This document shows, piece by piece, positions 32,301 through 46,708 of a stretch of DNA of 64,000 nucleotides; the stretch's first letter is position 1; the number at the start of each line of letters is the position of its first letter. The translations under genes were made by a program, and so were the position numbers. The DNA comes from Amoebidium appalachense (lineage: Eukaryota > Protista > Ichthyosporea), in assembly GCA_963693365.1 (NCBI GenBank), contig CAVNZM010000012.1, forward strand, positions 6,026,889-6,090,888, given 5' to 3'. The notes beneath the pieces are model-generated. The model had not been told where the DNA came from, ran no database searches, and worked only from the letters and a program-made list of their open reading frames with translations.

Positions 32301-32648
32301 AGCGGGGCACACGTCGTTGCATGTCCAACGTACTGTGTGTGCTGCACGCATGCACGTGTGTGCACGTCCGTGCAAGGCACAGGCACGTGCTTTTCTGGGA
32401 ACATATAACTGCACATCTCCATTCATGCACCGTTCCTGTTCCATTTTCCATTCACTATCCATGGTTATGCATTGCACCCCCCGTGTACACCAACATGTGG
32501 CAACCTCCAATACATAGTGCCCAAGTCATCATGCGTGTTTCGGCTGTGTCTGGCTGAATTAATTCTTCCGGTGAACGATGTGTGTCAGACTGTGTGTGGG
32601 GGGGAAGGGGGGAGGGGGGCGGAGGGCGGAGGAAGGGTGGATGGGGGA

Positions 32649-32705
<57 letters not shown>

Positions 32706-33004
32706 CTAGCATTAGACAGCCTATGGTGTTGCATATCGATCTTGGCCTAAATTATTAACAGGCTGCCAGGAACTATAAATGCATCTCCAACAACAGTGCC
32801 AAGTACCCATTCTGTCCCACAATCACAGCCATGGCTTTGTGCATTCACCCACCAGCTGGTTTCACTCCCGTCAGTTGGGTGACCACCCACACACATGCAT
32901 GCCACTATGGTGTTTTGCATCCAGTTGTTACCCAAACAGCTGCCCTTTGGTAGTAGGCAAATGGTCGCCCGTAACCAATGGCTAAAAAGTTCTCTGCGGG
33001 ACCC

Positions 33005-33038
<34 letters not shown>

Positions 33039-33309
33039 AATCACCACTACCATCACCACCGCCAAAACCGTCCTCCAAACCACCCACCCGCCCATTCACC
33101 CTATACATACATACATGTTTGGCAAGGGAGAGAGGGTGGTCAAACCTATATGGTTGTATGGTGGTGTTCAAATGGCACAATCTACGTGCACTAAATGAGC
33201 ACAAAAAATTCCCCCCACCACCACCACCACTGGCAACCAACAAGCGCACACGTGGGGGTGTGCTCGCACGCACACGTACATTACACAAGCACACACACAT
33301 ACGAAAGCA

Positions 33310-33362
<53 letters not shown>

Positions 33363-35101
33363 TCCCCACTAGTGACCATCACCTAGATCACCTACACATT
33401 TCTTCCCCCCCGCCCCCCTCCTCCCCCCATCCCCCCCCCCCCCCTCCCCCCTGGCACCTCCTCCCCCTTCTTTTTTACGAGCACTCTGCTATATCAGAGA
33501 TGGGTACACGTTGGCCCTTGCATGTCCCACTGTGTGTGCTGCACCCATGCACGTGTGTGCACGTTCGTGCAAGGTACATGCACGTGCTTTTCTGAGGACA
33601 CATAACTGCACATGTCTACTGATGCACCGTTCCTTTTTCTCTCGTGTTTTTCATTCATTATCCATGGTTGTGCATCGCACCCCCTGTGTACACCAACAAG
33701 GCTTAGCCCCAATACATCGTGCCAGAATCCTCATGCGTGATTCGGGTGTCTCTGGCTGAATAATTCTTCCGGTGAACGAGTGTGTGTCAGACTGTGTGTG
33801 GGGGGGATGGGCCCGGGAGAGAGAGGGAGGGGAAGGGGGGGGGGGGGGGGGTAGCTTTAAACAGCCTATGGTGTTACATAGCGACTTTGGCATAAATTGT
33901 TAACAGGCTGTGTACTGTATAAATGCACCCCCAGCAATCGTGTCAAGTCCTCCATAGTGCCCCACAATCACAGCCACGGCTTTGTGCATCCACCCACTAG
34001 CTGATTTCACTCCCGGCAGTTGGGTGACCACCAACACAAATGCATGCCACTATGGTGGTTGTGCAGTAGCTCACGCCTCTCCTTGTCATGCCCACTGGAA
34101 GCCCTTGCTGTTGGGCAAATGGTTGCCCATAACCATTGCCGAGGAATCCGCTGCAACCCCACCCCCCCCCCCCCCCCCCCCCCCCACCACCCACCCCAAT
34201 AAGCTTCACCACCACCAGCAACAGCAAAACCACCAGGCCCCACCCACCCATTGACCCTTATACATACCCTATACACACACACATGTATACATACACATGT
34301 TTAGGAAGGAAGAAAGGGGGTGGGGTGGGGGGGGGGGGGGGGGGGGGGACGGGGGGAAGGCGATTTGGTCGTATGGTGGAGTCCGAACCGCATATTTTCC
34401 GTGCACTACATGAACGCAAAAAATTCCCACCAACTGCACATGTGCGCTCATGCACCGTTCCTATTCCTCTCGTGTTTTTAATTCATTATCGATGGTTATG
34501 CATTGCACCCCGATGTGCACCAACAAGCCCCAATACATCGTGCCCAAATCCTCGTGCGTGATTTGATTGCCTCTGGCTGAATTAATTCTTGCGGTGAACG
34601 AGTGTGTGTCAGACTGTGTGTGGGGGGGGGGGGGGGAAGGGGGAAGAGAGGGGGAGGAAGGAGTGAGGGGAGGGAGGGGGGGGGGGGGGGGGGAGGGGGA
34701 GGCGGGTGGGGGGGAGGGGGGGAGTGGGTGGAAAGGCTAGCATTAGTTAGCCTATGGTGAAGCATATCGATTTGGCCTAAATTGTTAACAGGCTGCCAGG
34801 CAGTACAATTGCATCTCTAACAACAGCCCAAAGGCCTCCATTTTGTCCCACAATCACATTTACGGATTTGTGCATTCACCCACCGGCTGATTTTACTCCC
34901 GTCAGCTGGGTGACCACCCACAAAAATGCATGCCACCATGGTGGTTTGCACTTCATTGAACGCCCGTTCCACGAAATGTCCACAGGAAGCCCTTGCTGCT
35001 GGCCATGGGCAAATGGTCGCCCATAACAATTGCGGAAGAGTCCTTTGCAGACTTCCCCCCGACCCTTTTTTCTCACCATCACCATACCCCCCCCCCCCCC
35101 C

Positions 35102-35137
<36 letters not shown>

Positions 35138-35510
35138 ACACCACGCACTCACCCACCCACCCCTCTGCAAACACACATTTGATGAGCATATGAAAAAGCA
35201 TCTCACCTAACTCCACACGACCTGGTGCCAGTATGGATGGGGGGGCCATAAATTGGTGACTGATTCATGATCACGCACCCGCCCATAAAAAAAAAAAGGG
35301 GGGGGGGGGGGGGGGGCACTAAGGTCTCAAAGTTGGTGTTGGGTGTTTGAAGGGGGGAGGGAGAGGGGGGGGGGGGGGGGGGAGGGGAGGGGGGGGAATA
35401 AAGAAAGGCCTTACAACCAAGAAGGGAAATTATAAATTAGAGGGTTTCTGCATGTATCCTTTTTTCCTTTCAAGTTCTTTTTTGCCCCTTCAATTCTTTT
35501 TTCTTTTCTT

Positions 35511-35544
<34 letters not shown>

Positions 35545-35595
35545 CCCCCCCCCCCCCCCCCCCTCTCTCTCTTTTTTTTTTGGGGGGGGGGAGGG

Positions 35596-35629
<34 letters not shown>

Positions 35630-35740
35630 TTTATTTTTGGGGGGGGGGGGTGGGGAGGGAGGAAGGGGGAGGGCGGGATGGGGGGGGGGGGGGGGGGGGG
35701 GGGGGGTGGTTGGGAGGGGAGGGTGTGGGTGTGTGTGTGT

Positions 35741-35771
<31 letters not shown>

Positions 35772-36832
35772 GGGGGGGGGGAGAAAAAGGGTGGCCACTG
35801 CAGAGGATAATTCAGCCATCGTTATATGGGTGACCATTTGCCTTCTACCATTTGGCCTGCACCTGCAAAACCACCATAGTTGCATGCATTTGTGTGGGTG
35901 GTCACCCAGCTGACGGGAGTGAAATCAGCCGGTGGGTGAATGCACAAAGCCGTGACTGTGATTGTGGGACCGGTTTGGCCGATTGGTGCCGTTATGTACG
36001 ATATGTATGTCTTTATCAGTAACTGTATGCAGTGTACATGGTAACATTTGCGCCAAATTCGATATGCATGGCCTTAGCACCTGTCTAATGCTGGCCGTTA
36101 GTACACTTTCCATGTTATCCCCCACCCCCGCCCCCCACCCCCCACCCCCCTCCCCCACACCACCACCACCACCCAGACACACACGTGAAAAAGACAAATT
36201 GAAAAAGAAAACATTCTCTCCCTCCCGTTCGATTGGGCCAGGCCCACTACCACCACTTTTGTCGCCATAATCTCTCTGCCATTCCCCCCTCCCCCTTCCA
36301 AACACATAACCACACACACACACCCGGACACATCGATTCACTCGTACACGCACTTCTCGCCCATTATACTTAGCGGGATAGGTATGCCTTGCACCCCTGG
36401 CCACGCGTACACCCACAACCCCCAATAAATAGTGCCCAAATCAACATGCGCCATTGGGCTGCCTCTGGCTGAACTGATTCATTCGGTGAACGCGTCTGGA
36501 GGACCAGGTGGTGGTTGGTGGGAGGGTTGGGGGCAGATGTGTGTGGTGGTGGTGGGTGAGTGGGTGGGTAGGTGGGTTGATGGAGGCCGGGGGGGGGGGG
36601 GGGTTGTGTGTTTGAGTGTGAGGGTTGGGGGGAGGGGGGGGGGGGGGGGGGGGGGATCTCCAGCATCTTGCACATGTATACACAAAATATTTATTTTTCT
36701 CGTCGTTTTTCCACTGTTTAGTAGCACAGGGAAAGCCATGCACACAGTACCATACGCCATTTGTTAACAATGTCATGCACGGTATGCATTTTACACGTAA
36801 CCCAGTAAAATGATTGGCCTGCCAGTAGCCAA

Positions 36833-37900
36833 TCACAGGGAGTTGCGGATGACCTTTGGCTTGCGGTGCTCCTCTATCCTCTTGGCCCACCTTGCCGTCC
36901 GGGTCAGCCGCTTCTTCTCCGGCAGAGCACCCTCCTGTATGTATATGCGTGTGTGTGTGTAGGTGTATTTATGTGTGTGTGTTTGTGTAAATGTACGTGT
37001 GAATGTGTGTGTGTGTTTCTGTCGTGCGTGTGCGTGTGCGTGTGGGTGTGGGTGTGGGTGTGGTTGTGGTTGTGGGTGTGTGTGCGTGTGTGTGTTTAGG
37101 GGAAGATGGTGGTAGGGAAGGGAGGCGCGGGGGGGGGGGGGGGGGGGGGGGTTATCGAAATGTGATACACACTGCAATGGAGCACAATCGTGTGTGTGTG
37201 TGTGTGTGTGTGGTGTGTGTGTGTGTGTGTGTGGGTGTATGCGCCATGTGTGTGCGTGTGTGTGTTACTGGGCGTGGACAAAGAGCTGGGTTCGTGCATG
37301 CACACATCGACGCACTTGTATAAACGAATCCTCTGCCAGAAACCGACATAAGCACCTCCAAAGGTCCCAAAGCCCCCCCCCCCCCCCTCCCTCCCGGGGC
37401 CCCTCCCACCCCCTCCCTCCTCCCCCCCCCCCCCCCACCTCCCCGTCCCCCAAAAAGCACCCACCCACATCGACCCCACCACCGCATTCTTCTGCCCCAC
37501 CATCAAGAACTGTAACCTTGCGCCGATTATGCAATGAAACACCAGTCACCCATTACACACCCCAGATTTCGCTCCCAAATCAATGTTTTTATACCGCATT
37601 GTATCTCGCCAAACAGACCCTCCCCGCGCCAAAAACACCAACCCACCCACTCTACCACAACACCACATTCTTGTGTCCCAAAACAAAACTCTTCCCCCTC
37701 CAACCCTCCGCCTAAACATCAACATTAATTCCGATCACACGTTACACATCCGAAATTTCGCTCCCAACAAATATGTTTCCATGTCGCACCTGAATCTCGA
37801 CAAACAAATGGCTGTACTGCTTCTCCACGTAGCCGCCCCTCCCACGGCCATGGAATCGGATGCGGTCTAGATGCTTGCCCCGGCCAGTCCAGGCCTTGGC

Positions 37901-37944
<44 letters not shown>

Positions 37945-40429
37945 GGTGTGGTGTGTGTGTGTGTGAGTGTGTGTGAGTGAGTGAGTGAGTGTGTGAGTGA
38001 GTGTGTGTGTGTGTGTGTGTGTCTGTGTTTGTGTGTGCGCGCGTGTGTGCGCACACGGTGTTGGTGGAGCAGGGGGGTTGGGGGCGGGCGGAACGTAGAA
38101 GTGGGGTTTGTGTGCGCAGGATGTGTGTGTGGGGGGAGGGGGGAGGGGGAGGGGGGTGGAGGGTGGCTGTACGAGCAAGTGCTTGGTCATTGAAGAGACA
38201 AGCAGGCTTTACTGCACCAAACACACTGCACAGGCATCCCCCCCCCCCCCCCCCCCCCCCCCCCACCACCACCACCACCACGCACACCTTCCCCCATCTC
38301 CCCCCGACCCTCCCCGCCGTTCTACGTAACACTGGGTCTAAGTTGGTGAAAAGGGTGCACAAGTGTCCCTTGCAGGGAAAAGGGGGGGAGGAGCCCCCCC
38401 CCCCCAAAAAGGAAACCATGATGTAACAGAGAGAGCAGACACAAACACGGAAATGCCTAACCGAGGGATGTGAGTGTGTAAGAGGTTGGGTACATGTGTG
38501 TTTTCCTTTTGTAGGGCAAGGGTGCATGTGTCTAGTGGAGGGTGGGTACGTATGGGCGTGATTCAATGCAGCTGGGTGCGTCTGTGCGTGTCCGGTTGTC
38601 AGCGGGTGATTATGTGTGTGTAAACGAATGGGCATGCTCGCGCTTATGTACGCCTGCATGTGTGCGCATGTGCGTATGTGCAGGATGTGCAAGGGCAATC
38701 GTGTTAAGCGTTTGTGAATATCCGCGGGTGTGCTTGCAAGGGTGAGTGGAAGAACTTGCACGTCCCTGATGGTAGGTAGGTGTACCCGTTTGTGTGCATG
38801 TTGGTGCATGTGTGTGTGTGTGTGTGTGTCCATGAGCCTGTGCGCGCACGTCCGTGCATAAACGTGCACACATTTTCCGCGTACAAGTGTACGTGAATGT
38901 GTATACATATGTGCACGTGTTTCACTGTATGCATATGTGCACGTGTTTCACTGTATGCATATGTGCACGTGTTTCACTGTATGCATATGTGCACGTGGGG
39001 TTTACGCTGTTTACTCGAGGCAAAGACACGTGTTTCACTGTATGCATATGTGCTTGTGTTTGTGCGTGTGCATGAGCATGTGCTTGTGTGTGTGCATGTG
39101 CCTGTGCACATGCGTGTACATGTGCATGTGCGTGTTCATGTACCAGAGCATGCGCACGCGCACGTTCATGCGCGCATGTGTGCATGTGTGTGCATGGCCG
39201 TGTGTGCCTGCCCCATATCTCCTACCGATATAGAGGTTGTCCTTGTCCATCTGGAAGTTGTGTGCTGCCGTGGCTGCCGCATTTGCCACCACCTGCGACA
39301 CCAAACACTCACCATGCCGCCCACATCCAGCAATAAATCCGTCCCCCCTCCCCCCCCCCCGTCTCCCTCCCACTTGCTTGCCCCACTCCCCTCCCCCCCC
39401 CTCCCCCCCCCCCCCCCCCCCACCACCACCACCTCTCACACACGCCTTCTTTCCGCACCTCCCCCTCCCTCCTACGCCACGTGACTGCAAATATTCTTCT
39501 TTTCTTCCACACCCTTCCTCCACATATACTACCCACACATCCATGCACCCACCCAACCATCTACACATGCGTACGTTCGTGGCACACACACGCGCGGCCG
39601 CACACTCACACACATACACAAGAACATGCACCCGCACATACACAAGCACACACACATACGCAGCAACCATCACCCCGCCTTACTGTCATCACCCAAGAAA
39701 ACCAAAGAACTCCGAACATCCTTCATAGAGTCCTAGATCCATATTGCAACAGACACACACGCACGCACCACACGCACACATATGCACGTGTGTGTGTGTG
39801 TTGCGGTATTTGCATATCTGTCCCTATAATTGCAGGAAGTACATGTGTTGTCTAGAAATGGACATTTTTTAATGTGATTGCATGTATCTTGTGTGTGCGC
39901 AAAGCCAGCATTCGTCCGTGTGACAAGGAATTGGAAGGGAGCTTGAAGAAGAAAATGGGTTATGGAGCAGTGGCGAGGAGGAGACAGGGGTGAGGACGGT
40001 GACACGGGGGGGGGGGGGGGGGGGGGGGGAGGGGGTTTGAATGCGGAACACGGTACGAAGTACGCATACACGATGAGAAGCATGGTGCAGGACACATGCA
40101 AAGGCAAACATTCAAGTATGTAACATCAGCCATGTGCACAGTATGCGTCATAAGCAGAGCCCATCCTCAGGGAAGGCCCAAGTCATCAATTTCGTCTGAG
40201 TTTCGACCCCTTAGCCCGCGTATATACGACTCTCCAACTCAGACAGCAGCATCAACTGAACTTGGGAGGGTCAACCCGTCTTGATCAAAGACGAGCAGGG
40301 TTGCTTATGCAAGCAAGGTGAGCAAAACGGTGAAGATGTGTGTGCAAACAAATGCAGTGCAGCGAAAAATGTGTATGTGCTTACAGATGCACGACACAGA
40401 GCAACCATGCCCGGTTGCATGAAAGTAAA

Positions 40430-40475
<46 letters not shown>

Positions 40476-40700
40476 GGGGATAGTGGTAGGTGAGTTTGTA
40501 CCCGAGATACGTCGGTGGCGATGCGTTTTGGGGAGAATGCCAACTGGTCAAGGGCTTCACTGACTTTCATCCCGTGCACCTGTGGAGGGTGGGTGTCAGG
40601 GTGTGTGTGTGTGTAGGGAGGGGAGGGGGGGGGGGAGCTGGTGTATATGTGGACGTGTGGGTGTGTGCGCATGCGTTTCTGTGCGTGTGTGTGTGGGGCG

Positions 40701-40735
<35 letters not shown>

Positions 40736-40850
40736 AATACTTGTGTGTACGTGCATGCCTGTGTCTACACAAGTCACCATAGTATGCCAGCTACACATGA
40801 ATGTGTGCATGGAATATGTGTCTAATATTAGGCGTGCGGGTGTACATGTA

Positions 40851-40896
<46 letters not shown>

Positions 40897-42816
40897 CGAA
40901 TGTGTGTGTGTGTGTGGTTGCACGTAGATGTGCCTCAAGCGTGATGCTGCAGATAGCGTGCCCTTGCTGACTGTGCACGTGCACGCACGTGCTTGTACAT
41001 GCGTACTTTACCGAAGGGCTTTACTTGCACCACCATGATTTCTTTGACATGGCTCTCCGTCTGCTCCCAAAAAATTGCACGTATCTGCCCACTCCGAGAG
41101 CGAGGAAGCCCAGGGAGGGAGAGAGAGAAGGGTGGGGCTAACATATTCCAAAAACAAAGGGTGGGGAGGGGGGTATGCATTACAGCAGTCTAAATAGCAC
41201 AGCAGAAGACAACGAAAACAAAAAGAGAAGCGTCTATTTAAAAGGACAAGACTAGACACATACGTGCATAAAAAATATATATCCATCGCAAAACGGGGGG
41301 AGGGGGGGAGTGAGGAGGAGGCTTTAAAGGAAGCAATCACCAACTCGGAGAATTATTCTATATCATTTCATTGCTGGAAAAACGGGAAATTTTCACATGA
41401 TCGGAGGGATATACGTACGAAATTTGCGACCTGGGTGAGTCTCTGCAAGCTGCCTCGGATGTTTCTGTTCTTGTACAGCACCTGTGCCCCCCCAGAGCAC
41501 ACGTCAGCTTTCCTCCATTACACATTTTCCAGGTCCAAAAAAGGATTAGATAGAAATGGGATACTCATTTTTTTATGCCAGAGCTCCCCTCCTACCCCCC
41601 CCCCCCCCCCTCCCTCCCAAAGCCCCAACACACACACACGCACACACGCACACGCACACGCACGCTCACGCACACATCCACCCACCCACCCACCCACCCA
41701 CCCGCCCCCACCCATCCAATCAGATGGGATATGAAAACGCAAATACAGGCCACATTTCCAATGTGCATCCCTCTAGCCACCAAATGTGAGCAGCAGTAAA
41801 CTTAGAATGATAAGCCATAAAATAGCCCTAAGGAAGATCCGTGGGCAAAAAAAAAAGACGACAGAGGAGGTAGAGGAATAGGGGGGGGGGGGGGGTGTTG
41901 GTGGTGGTGGTGGTGTGTCCGTGTTGTGTGTGTATAAGGTGGCATGCTTGGGACATCAACACGATGATAAAAAAAAAAGGGAAGGGAGGAGAGCACGGGG
42001 GGGGAGGGGAGCGGGAGGGGGGGGGGGGGGGGGGGGGGAGGTGGGTGCCGGGTGGGTGGATGGGTGGGTGGTCGGGGGTTTAGAATGTGTTGAAGATTAT
42101 CAAGTCCACATTCACGACCGACAACACAATGCAGATTTCGCAAAGTGTGCAAAAAAGGATAGTCACCATAAGCGAAGCCCATCCTCGGGGCGGGGGGAGG
42201 GGGGGCTGGAATCCTTTGTAAAGCACGAAGCACACATTCTTCATGGAAAACATCATGCAGAGTGCAAACCACACAAAGAGTGTGCATAATACGCAGAGCC
42301 CATCCTCCGGGGGGCCGAGGGGGGGGGGGGGGAGGGGGGACGGAGGGGGAAGGGCGAGGGGGGGGGGAGGGGGGGGGAGAAGAATTGGTGTGCAACACAG
42401 GTGCACACACACACACACACACACACAGGCACGTACCCTTTCTGGTTCCGACTCCTTCTTTGGCCTCGGGGGGGGATTGAGGAGCATGGGGAGGGTGCTG
42501 CGCATGGTCATAGAGCGGACAGGCACACAGGGGGCACTGTGTGTGTGTGTGTGTGCGTGTGTGTGTGTGTGTGCGTGTGTGTGTGCGTGTGTGTGCGTGC
42601 GTGCTACCAGAATGTGCTAACACACGTGACGAGGGCATCGTTAAGGGGGAAAAGGCGGTGGGAGGGAGGCAGGGGGGGGGGGGGGGGTTAGCCTATGTTA
42701 CTCGTCCGAAGTAGAACGATTACGAAAGCATGATGGAAGGGGGGAGTTGAACGAGAAACACAAAAAGAGGAATGCAGCTAGGTGACAGAGTGGGGTTGGG
42801 GTTGCAGATGTTGCTT

Positions 42817-42864
<48 letters not shown>

Positions 42865-43892
42865 CAAAGAATACAACATGCTACTAACAGGCCATGCCCT
42901 TCCCATGCGTAGATTTTGTACAGCAGCACATCCGAATTGGAGAGGGATAAAGGGTGTGTGGGTGTATTTTTTTTGGGGGGGGGGGGGGGGGGTTTGAATG
43001 GGTCAAAAAGTACGAAGTACACAAGAACAAACGGATAACACGATGCAGAATGCAAGCCATACATAAAGAGTATGCATAATAAGCAGAGCCCATCGTCAGG
43101 GGGGGCCCACGTCATCCACAGTACCCGAGTTTCGACCTATTCACCTCGTTAACGAAACCCAACTCAGATACTGTTTCACTTGAACATGGGTAGGTCACCC
43201 GTCTTGATCAGAGACGAGCAGGGTTGCTTATGGGTTGGAGAGAGGGACGAGTGAGGGAGGGAGTGAGGGAGGGAGAGAGGGACCGAACGAGAGCCAGTTG
43301 GAAAAGGGGGAGGGGGAGAGACGGGGGGGAAAGGAAGGAGGTAGGCCTCAAGGGAGGGAGGGAGGGAGGGAGGGAAGGAGGTAGAAAGGACATGAGATGG
43401 GGGGAGGAGGGTGATGGAGGAGGGAGGGAGAGAAGGAGGGAGGGAGGGAGGGAGGGGGGGGGGGGGGGGGGGGGGGGGGAGGGAGGGAGGGAGGGGAGGC
43501 AGAGGGAGAGACGGGGGAAGCAGAGAGAGAGAGAGAGAGAGTAGAACGGTTCCCGGTCATCTACTATTTACCCCCCCCCCCCCCCCCCCCTCCCCCCGGG
43601 GAATGTACCCACACACAAGCGTCTGCACTCTCGCTCACTCTATACACAGGCCCAGGTACTATCACACTGGAAGAAGCAGCAAGGCAGGCAAGCGTGCACA
43701 GACACAAGTGTTAGTCAACAAAAGCGCACAACAGCAAACACAGTGAGAGAGAGAGAGGGAGACCCAAGAAACCGAATCGACACCCACATCTAATAAAAAG
43801 CAGGAGCCCGTGCTCACATCCACACCCCTATATTCTCATGAGCTCACACACCCACAATTATACACACACGCAATTACATGGATGCACGCACA

Positions 43893-43959
<67 letters not shown>

Positions 43960-44505
43960 CCACATTCACGTGAACAAGTGCACGTGAACGTGCACAAATA
44001 CATGCACACGAATACGCCCGAGCACACGCACACGCGCGCGCGCACACACACACACACACACAAACACACACCCAAACATTGTCACACACCCCAAGCTCGG
44101 ACACTTACACATAGAGCGCGCCACACACCCACACACCACACACACACACAGACACCCATACACGGACACATACACACACAACCACTGACACAACCCCACA
44201 CACACGCACGCACATGCACAAGGATTAGTAAACTTTACAGATATCCAAATGTTAATAAGCACATCATTTAATGATACTCAATACGCAGGATTATTATTAG
44301 GAGTATTAGCAGTAACAATAGCGTTATTATTCAAAATAGGGGTAGCACCTTTTCATATGTGATTACCGGATGTATATCAAGGGACCCAAGAAACCGAATC
44401 GACAATCACACCTAATAAAAAGCAGGAGCCCGTGCTCACATCCACACCCTATATTCTCATGAGCTCACACACCCATAATTATACACACACGCAATTACGT
44501 GGATG

Positions 44506-44574
<69 letters not shown>

Positions 44575-44929
44575 ACGTTCACGTGCGCTTGTTCACGTGA
44601 ACAAGTGCACAAATACATGCACACGAATACGCCCGAGCACACGCACACGCGCGCGCGCACACACACACACCCAAACACACACCCAAACATTGTTCACACA
44701 CGCCCAAGCATGGACACTTACACATAGAGCGAGCCACACACCCACACACCACACACACACACAGACACCCATACACGGACACAAACACACAACCACTGAC
44801 ACAACCCCACACACACGCACGCACATGCACACACACGCCACTGACACAACCCCACCCACACGCACGCACATGCACACGCACGCGCACAGGCACGCACACA
44901 CGCACGCACACACTCACACACACCACACC

Positions 44930-44967
<38 letters not shown>

Positions 44968-45145
44968 TACATACACCACCACAAACCAACCCCACCCACG
45001 CACATGCACATGCACACACGTGCACCACAAACACACACCCACACACGCACATCCACCGAGACACGCAGACACCCCACACATGTACACATGCACATGCACG
45101 CGCCTATGCACATCCTCCCCAAGCACGTGCGCACACACACACACA

Positions 45146-45212
<67 letters not shown>

Positions 45213-45288
45213 ACCTTGCTTGGGCGAACATGCTGACACACTGACACAGGCCAGCCAGCCTGGAGCTCAGCACACCAGAGAGTGCCAT
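36833..45288 (-). CDS. MRPL22: Mitochondrial large-subunit ribosomal protein uL22m
   Basis: Seven in-phase GT-AG exons: 45288-45215, 42536-42437, 41481-41419, 40579-40502, 39292-39226, 37899-37790, 36934-36833. An N-terminal presequence-like segment ([13 protein letters not shown]...) precedes the L22 core [34 protein letters not shown]...[36 protein letters not shown]...YSHLFVEI. Confidence 0.95.
38906..38997. repeat. 26-nt minisatellite (CATATGTGCACGTGTTTCACTGTATG) x3.5 in MRPL22 intron 5
   Basis: Perfect tandem copies are visible, with a further copy at about 39027-39053. Confidence 0.9.
40036..40309 (-). mobile_element. Intronic dispersed repeat C, diverged full-length copy (SINE-like or structured RNA; class unknown)
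   Basis: Shares TTTGAATG, TACGAAGTAC, TAAGCAGAGCCCATCCTCAGG, GAGTTTCGACC, CCAACTCAGA and ACCCGTCTTGATCA.AGACGAGCAGGGTTGCT with the copies at 42993 and 51037. Confidence 0.7.
42078..42320 (-). repeat. Two truncated tandem relics of repeat C in MRPL22 intron 2
   Basis: AGCCCATCCTCGGGG at about 42177 and GCATAATACGCAGAGCCCATCCTCCGGGG at about 42284, each preceded by a degenerate version of the left part of repeat C. Confidence 0.55.
42993..43228 (-). mobile_element. Intronic dispersed repeat C, young copy
   Basis: 236 bp, differing from 51037-51272 at about 4 positions by eye. Confidence 0.8.
43761..44831. repeat. Direct duplication of about 450 bp (43761-44220 and 44383-44831) in MRPL22 intron 1
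   Basis: Both copies begin GACCCAAGAAACCGAATCGACA..TAATAAAAAGCAGGAGCCCGTGCTCACATCCACACCC and stay colinear. They are separated by about 160 bp of AT-rich sequence. Confidence 0.9.
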
Positions 45289-45887
45289 TTTGCCACGTCG
45301 TAAAACAGGAAGCCTACGAAGGTTATATCTAACAGTGTGTTATGTGAGACGTGATGCCGATCTGGCGCCAATCGCCTTCTTTACTACACTACAAAGTTTA
45401 AAACATGTGCAGATGTATGTGCTTTTTTGCCCTTTAGCCTTGCCAGGTGTGCTTCAACCTCAAGCCTTTCCACCCACACGTTCAAATGGTGTTGCACATA
45501 TGAAAAGAAAGTGCACTGCGCTAAAACTGTGTGTTGGCCTACGTCCTGAAGCTACCTGCTATGTCTTCCTATGCTCATGCACTAAACCCTGTACGTGTGT
45601 CTGCGTGTCTATGTTCCTGCCTCCCTCCCTACTCAGCATCCCTGCTCCCGAACTCGCTGTGTGCGCGGGCGCGGATGCCGCGTGCTGCAACAATCGATCG
45701 TGTCCGGGTCAGATGATTGCGCAAACGACCAACTGAGTCATGCCCACGGCCATCTGGTGTTTCTAGATGGCCGTGGTCATGCCCCACGCGCCAGTGCAGT
45801 TGGGCAAAGGGCTGGGCCGGCCCGGGGCTGGATCGCCCCTCACCTGCCTCACCTTTCTCTCTCTATCAACTGAGGCTCCAACCCCCC

Positions 45888-45926
<39 letters not shown>

Positions 45927-45932
45927 TCCTCA

Positions 45933-46008
<76 letters not shown>

Positions 46009-46627
46009 ACATACACGGCACACACATTGCACGGTCCTCTGGCAACAGCCATGGTGTGCATACGAGTCCTCCTCTCTTTTCGGGGCCCCCTCTCTCTCTA
46101 CTTTTTTGATGGTGCACCTCCGTCCCCCCTCCCCCTCCCCCCCGTTCTTTCTCCCCCTCCCCATCCTGCTTCTCCGGCTCCGTACGGTACTAATAATGAA
46201 TTCCCGTGCAAGTGATAAGTCTCGCGACCGGCGAACGTATGTGTGGAAACTCACTACATTTACTCCGATGATATCCGTATCATATACATATATCTGTATT
46301 CAACTCGTGCATACGCGACAACGCCAGGCTTAGTAAACGTTACGTGTGATCCCGTGTGCTTTTTATGCTTCTGTCGTCTATGTACGGTGTGCAGGCACCA
46401 CCTACAACGGCATGCACGGTTACCTCACACGTACACGGAAAGGCACAGTGCATACGCACACAAGCACACCTTCGCGAAATATTTAACATGTACTGCAACA
46501 GCGCCGACACGTGCATACCGTAGTGCTACGGTGATCAATGCTACATAAGCTTAATCCTTGCTGTTGATCGTTATATATTCTAGATCTGAACCGTGGTGCA
46601 CACACACACACACACACACACGCACAC

Positions 46628-46706
<79 letters not shown>

Positions 46707-46708
46707 AC

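Noticed and set aside
41011-41084. Exon-like segment [24 protein letters not shown] with AG/GT ends in MRPL22 intron 3
   Set aside because: It would break the frame and the contiguous L22 alignment VANF-VHGMKV.
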